Of a DNA stretch of 64,000 bases, positions 59,269 to 64,000 are shown piece by piece (within the stretch, counting starts at the first letter, position 1; every line of letters begins with the position of its first letter). This DNA is from Podarcis muralis. Lineage: Eukaryota. A program made the position numbers and the translations under genes. Location of the stretch: contig NC_135657.1 in NCBI RefSeq assembly GCF_964188315.1, positions 61,132,001 to 61,196,000 of the forward strand. The letters are read 5' to 3'. Below the pieces are notes generated by a model, which worked only from the letters and a program-made list of their open reading frames with translations, did no database searches and was not told where the DNA came from.

Positions 59269-62200
59269 CTATGGAGAGCAAACACAATCCATTTTAGACA
59301 GTTAGGAGTTACTAGTATGGGGGAAGAACACAACAAGAAACTGTCATGATGTGAACTAGAAGAGAAACCCATATGACTTTTTGATAGTTTGGCACACATA
59401 TTTTTAATAGTTGCAGCAGTAATTCTCCTTGCCAACTTGAATGCAGCATCCCTACAATGCTAGCCAACAGACATTGAAATAGATAAAAAATAAATTTTAA
59501 AAAGACAATTTCAGATACATCCAAAACAATTGTTTCAACATAGTGCCAAGGCAAATGTTCTCTCAATGCAATGATTTTTACTTGCACAATAGAATATTCT
59601 TCCTCTGCACCCCAAAACCTGTTCTTGGCTTCTCCCAACCCTCTGGAGCTAGAATAGGGACAGTGTGAGGTTCATGCAAGGGGAGAAATTTGTGTTTCAT
59701 TGCACTAACCATTCTGAGCACAATTATTTAATTGAATACCATCATATGCTTTTTTTAAAAAAAGAGTCACCTTTAGTAATCTATCATTTCAACATGATAG
59801 CTGACCCTTGCTCCTCAAAGCAATGTAAAATGTGCATTAAAACGTACAATGTAAAATGGCATTAAAACACTTTAAAACACAGAAATATTTTTATTTACTT
59901 CACCAGATTTATACACTGCTTGCTTGTTAAAACAACAACAACCCTCAAAATAGTTTACAATCTATAATGTACTGCAGACAGCAGTTTGAACCACAAAAGC
60001 TGTAGCCATAAATTATGTTGCTATATGTCCCAATTGTGAAAGAAAGAATTGATTATTTAGGGAGCATAGTTTTGATGAAAAAGATTATCTGTATATGAAA
60101 CGAATGTATTGTGTAATTAACAACCCACCCTCCCCATCATTCATGATTTTTCTTCTCCATTTAAAATGACAGCTTTGTCACTCACTGACAACTCCCCCCC
60201 TCCCCCGGTTTCATAAGCATCATATTCAGATACGAGAAAGCAAATAAGTCTCTTCTGGCATGTTCAATTGCCAAGAGGAAACAATACATAAAACGCCATC
60301 TGCAAAATCCTTGGGGAATTCCCACCTGTGATCAACTTAATTAGCATCATGCAGTAGCTCCTGAACGCAAATACAGTGACAATAATTTCATCAAAACATA
60401 GGGAGAGCAAACAGGGTTTCTGCAAAATTTAGACTTCAGAGAAGCAAATTGTACAATTCAGTCCAACTCTTGTTTCTGACTGTACAAGGGAAAACTTAAG
60501 GGTAGCTAAGCAATGAGAGCAAACAGAACGTCAATAGCAAATCATTCTGATAAATAATTGTGTGCTCTTGGAAGGCTGACGGACAGAAACCAGTCCTCAA
60601 GAGGGAGCACAGTTTTATGTCATTAAAAATCTTTATGCTATAAAAGGAGCAACACATGGGATTGAGAAGAGAAAGCTTGTTGCTTGGCGCTGTATCACTT
60701 AAGAAGGCACAAAGGGGAAATTACAATTAACGGCTCATGAATGTTTGATCAGTATTTGCATTTTAGGATTTGAAACCCACTGAACTCCTAAAGCTCAGGA
60801 CTAGCAATCATAAACATATCATCCATTTGCACAAGTTTTGGTGATAGCTCATCCCCATTGTTATGGTTGTAACTTGATGAAGGTAACCCAGTGTGAGCAC
60901 AGATGTGCTGAAGTGCAAACCATGTTTTCTCAGGTAGTGTCCACCCTGCACACGAGTGATTTAGGAGCTGGTACCACCCAAGCTAAAGCAACACATGACA
61001 CCCAATATGATGCAGAAGAGGCAGAAACCTTTTATACAAGTGGCAGAATCAAATTGTGCAGGCACACAATGGGCCAAGAGCCAAAGAACGGAAGACACGG
61101 CTGAAAGTAGAATGGGTGTGGATTGTTATGAAACCTCCACTTGTATATGAATTAATGTGGACTTATGCTCCTAACTGGCTAGGTTTTGCCAATCACAGGG
61201 AATCTTTGGTTGCATCATCCTTGCTGGAGGTGATCTTTCATTGGGAACGGATCTTGCTCATGACTAACTTTAGTTGGACTACAGAGAAGCCCTTTAAATA
61301 ATTTTTACCTGAGAGCAAGGAAAGGGTTGCTATAGCTCTTTAGCCCTTCATGAAAGGAGAATGAAATTGATTAAACAGAGCAGTCAGAATGAAGAGGATG
61401 ATTAGGAAAACGGTTGTGTGAATTAATTACGATAAATTCTGAATTGCAGTATTAAGAGTTTATCCGTAATACCAAGTATTAAAGGTAAGAACTGATTAAG
61501 GATTAGAGCTAATTGACTCAGGAAATTAACGGTTCTTCATTTGCTCAATGAATTATCATAAATTAACTAAGTACAGACTCATTAAGGAAAATTATAATAT
61601 TATAAACAAACAGAATTGTAGTAAATTATTTTCCCTGTGATTAATTATTCTGGGGATTTTAAAAAATCAATATTGCTAAAGGGAGTTAGACTTTTTAGAG
61701 ACTCTCCCCACTCCTAAGGAATCCTCTGTTATGCCATAATCCCACGTAGTTCTACTAATTACTATTCCTTTGAGAAATACACAAGGGACAGCTGCCTTAT
61801 GTCGTTTGTTTTGTCTCAGGAGTACTTCTTCGCAATACTTTTTGCATGTAGATATCAATACCAGAGTACAAAATACTTGTTTCTTATTTCAGTTGTGAAT
61901 GGAATGCTAAGATTGCCACTGTCTGCAATAAAACATGCAGAATTGCAAGCCCTTAGTAGTTGCTTCTACGTATCTTTCAGAAAGAGTGGCAATTCAAATG
62001 TACCAGCAACATAGTACATTTTCATGGCTCGGTCTGGCCAGATGCCATCTCCTAGGCCCACTGAGTATGCTCATTATTCACTAGACTACTTTGGGGTTGT
62101 TTTACTCCTTTATTTGCTTTTTCTTTGTACTTCTGCAAACCTTGGGGGTTTCCAAAGTCTGTTGCTCTATGTGGCTGCATTTTGGCTATATAAGTACTAC

Positions 62201-64000
62201 TAGTAATCTGCGTCAAGGATCTGCGGAGAGTATTTCAACTTGGATTGAGGTGGAAGGATTAACACTTCCAAACATCACTACTGGAGGGGATGATAAAAGT
62301 GGAAGCAAGAAAGGAAAAGGTGGATGATAGGTGTGCTGTTATCTCTTGCATTTCCTTCACGTGATAATCATAAGTGCAGCAGCCAGAAAGCTCTACAGTA
62401 TTGCAGACTGTAGCAGAAAGGACAAATACATATTTTCAGGGCCACCCTCTCTTTTCTTCTGACCTTCCCCTGAGTTCTGTATAAAACAGGAATAGTTATG
62501 TTATACTACTAAGTAACATCCTGGCAATAAATACTGTAGAATCTAACCAGTAATCTGTGCCTGACATTCCCATTTAAAGTGAAGGGCTATTTGGTAGTGC
62601 TAGCAAATAACTAAAGAAACACTGGCTTACTAGCATGGTGCAGTGTTCCTACTCTCATGCCAACCAAACTGCTGGTAGGGAATTTGGAATTATGCAGCAC
62701 ATAAATCAAGCCTTTCCTTCCCTCCAAAGCCAAAGAATACAAATTCTGAATAAATGTAGGCTGACAAACTTCAAAATTCAGTTTGCTGAAGTGAAAGTCA
62801 TCCCATTTTTTTAAATTTTCTCTTTGCCACACCATTTCCTACCAAGAGTGTAGAAGCCAGTTGCCATTCATTAATTAGCACTAGTCTTCACTGACCCGCC
62901 AGCTGATTTACTTCTCTGACAGGTCCCCAATTAGCCATTTATCATTACAGTCTTATTTTGCTGCTCAGTCCTTTTCTGGTACCTAAGGTAATCTGTCCAG
63001 CCTTTTGAAATTACCTGAATGACACACTGTCTTCTCAGTGCTTAAGGAGAGAGGAAAAATATCCTATAAGAATAGCTGATGTTCCAAGAACTGGAGGCTG
63101 TGGCCCAGGAAACACACTCACAGGGCAATCCAAATCCAAGCTCCAGCAGGATAAGCAAGTTTGGATTAGTCAGACCTTGGGCTGTGCTGGCTGAACCAGG
63201 GCTATGCTGTCATAGTGGCATAACCTCAACACAACTCAGCTGGGGCAAGGATGGTTCAGTTGGAGCTCAGCTGGTGGACCTTAAGATGGCAGAACATACA
63301 TCAGCATGTCACCATTCTGGGGGCATGGTGGAGCAAGGAGAGAAACTATTCCAAACCTCTTCCAGCTCAGTCATGTGACTGGGCGATCTGGTGGAGCTCA
63401 CATTAGCAAAAAGGGTGGTATAAGTCAAACTCTTTTAAAGGATTGTTTTCCTTCCACCAGGCTAATCCAGCAGTAGTCTTGCAACAAAATAGAGTGTGGA
63501 ATAGGCATAGCTTGTGCTGGCTTTAATTTAAGACTGTGTGCATTCCACTGGCTTCCTAAACTTAGGAGACTGCTCTTTCCAGCTGCAACCCTATTCTCAT
63601 TTAACTGGGTGTAAAGCCCCTTTCAACTCAGTGGAGCTTCATTCTGAGTAGACATGTTTAGGACTGCACTTATTTGTGAACAAATAGACTTGGGCAACAG
63701 GGAAAATTAAAATGAACAATTTTTAACGCCATAAAACTTAGCGTTTTTCCCCCCGAAGAGAAATAAATCCTTGGATAGAATGTTGTAGGCCAATATCAAC
63801 ATTATTATTATTAGAAGATCTGGCAGGAATCATTCAGAATTTTTGAAAGCTTCAATTACCAGTTCACAAAAATAGCATGATGGCTGTTTTACTGACAAAG
63901 GCCCATCTAAGTGTATATATGCTTCCTTGTTTCTCAATCAGCACGTTGCAGCCCAGGCTTGCATATTTTGCATTCATGTCTCCAATTCTAAATATAACAG

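Noticed and set aside
28525-63090. Isolated GAS motifs (TTCTTGGAA / TTCCAAGAA at about 28525, 40924 and 63082)
   Set aside because: Frequency is consistent with chance; no clustering.
59269-64000. Search for the penultimate PEX7 exon (…ETVEHHTEF…)
   Set aside because: No match found by eye; the human last intron is long (about 15 kb, recalled), so the exon probably lies beyond the window.

Overview
This is vertebrate genomic DNA from a squamate reptile; the Sauria SINE subfamilies resemble those of lacertid lizards. The gene order matches human 6q23.3. IL20RA is on the + strand: five coding exons (homologous to human exons 3-7) lie at 769-9282, and exons 1-2 lie before the window. It converges on a complete two-exon SLC35D3 on the - strand (49328-48893 and 45531-44705, 420 aa, CpG-island promoter). 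The terminal coding exon of PEX7 (- strand, 59268-59200) is also present and was missed by the ORF track. The rest is intron or intergenic DNA rich in squamate repeats: five Sauria SINEs with TSDs, tRNA-derived SINEs with CR1-type tails, L2/CR1/Rex1 3' fragments, three TA-flanked Tc1/mariner-pogo MITEs, hAT MITEs, a probable solo LTR and microsatellites. There is one 135-N assembly gap. I found no evidence for a wholly new multi-gene system. The best leads are: (1) an expanded IL20RA cytoplasmic tail with altered STAT-docking motifs; (2) a tandem splice acceptor that would give an NMD-escaping, signalling-dead IL20RA; (3) a solo LTR carrying AP-1 sites and a TATA box; (4) a strong CTCF motif between the immune and neuronal genes; (5) two motif-dense candidate enhancers. 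Comparisons to human proteins and repeat consensus sequences are from memory, not from a database search.
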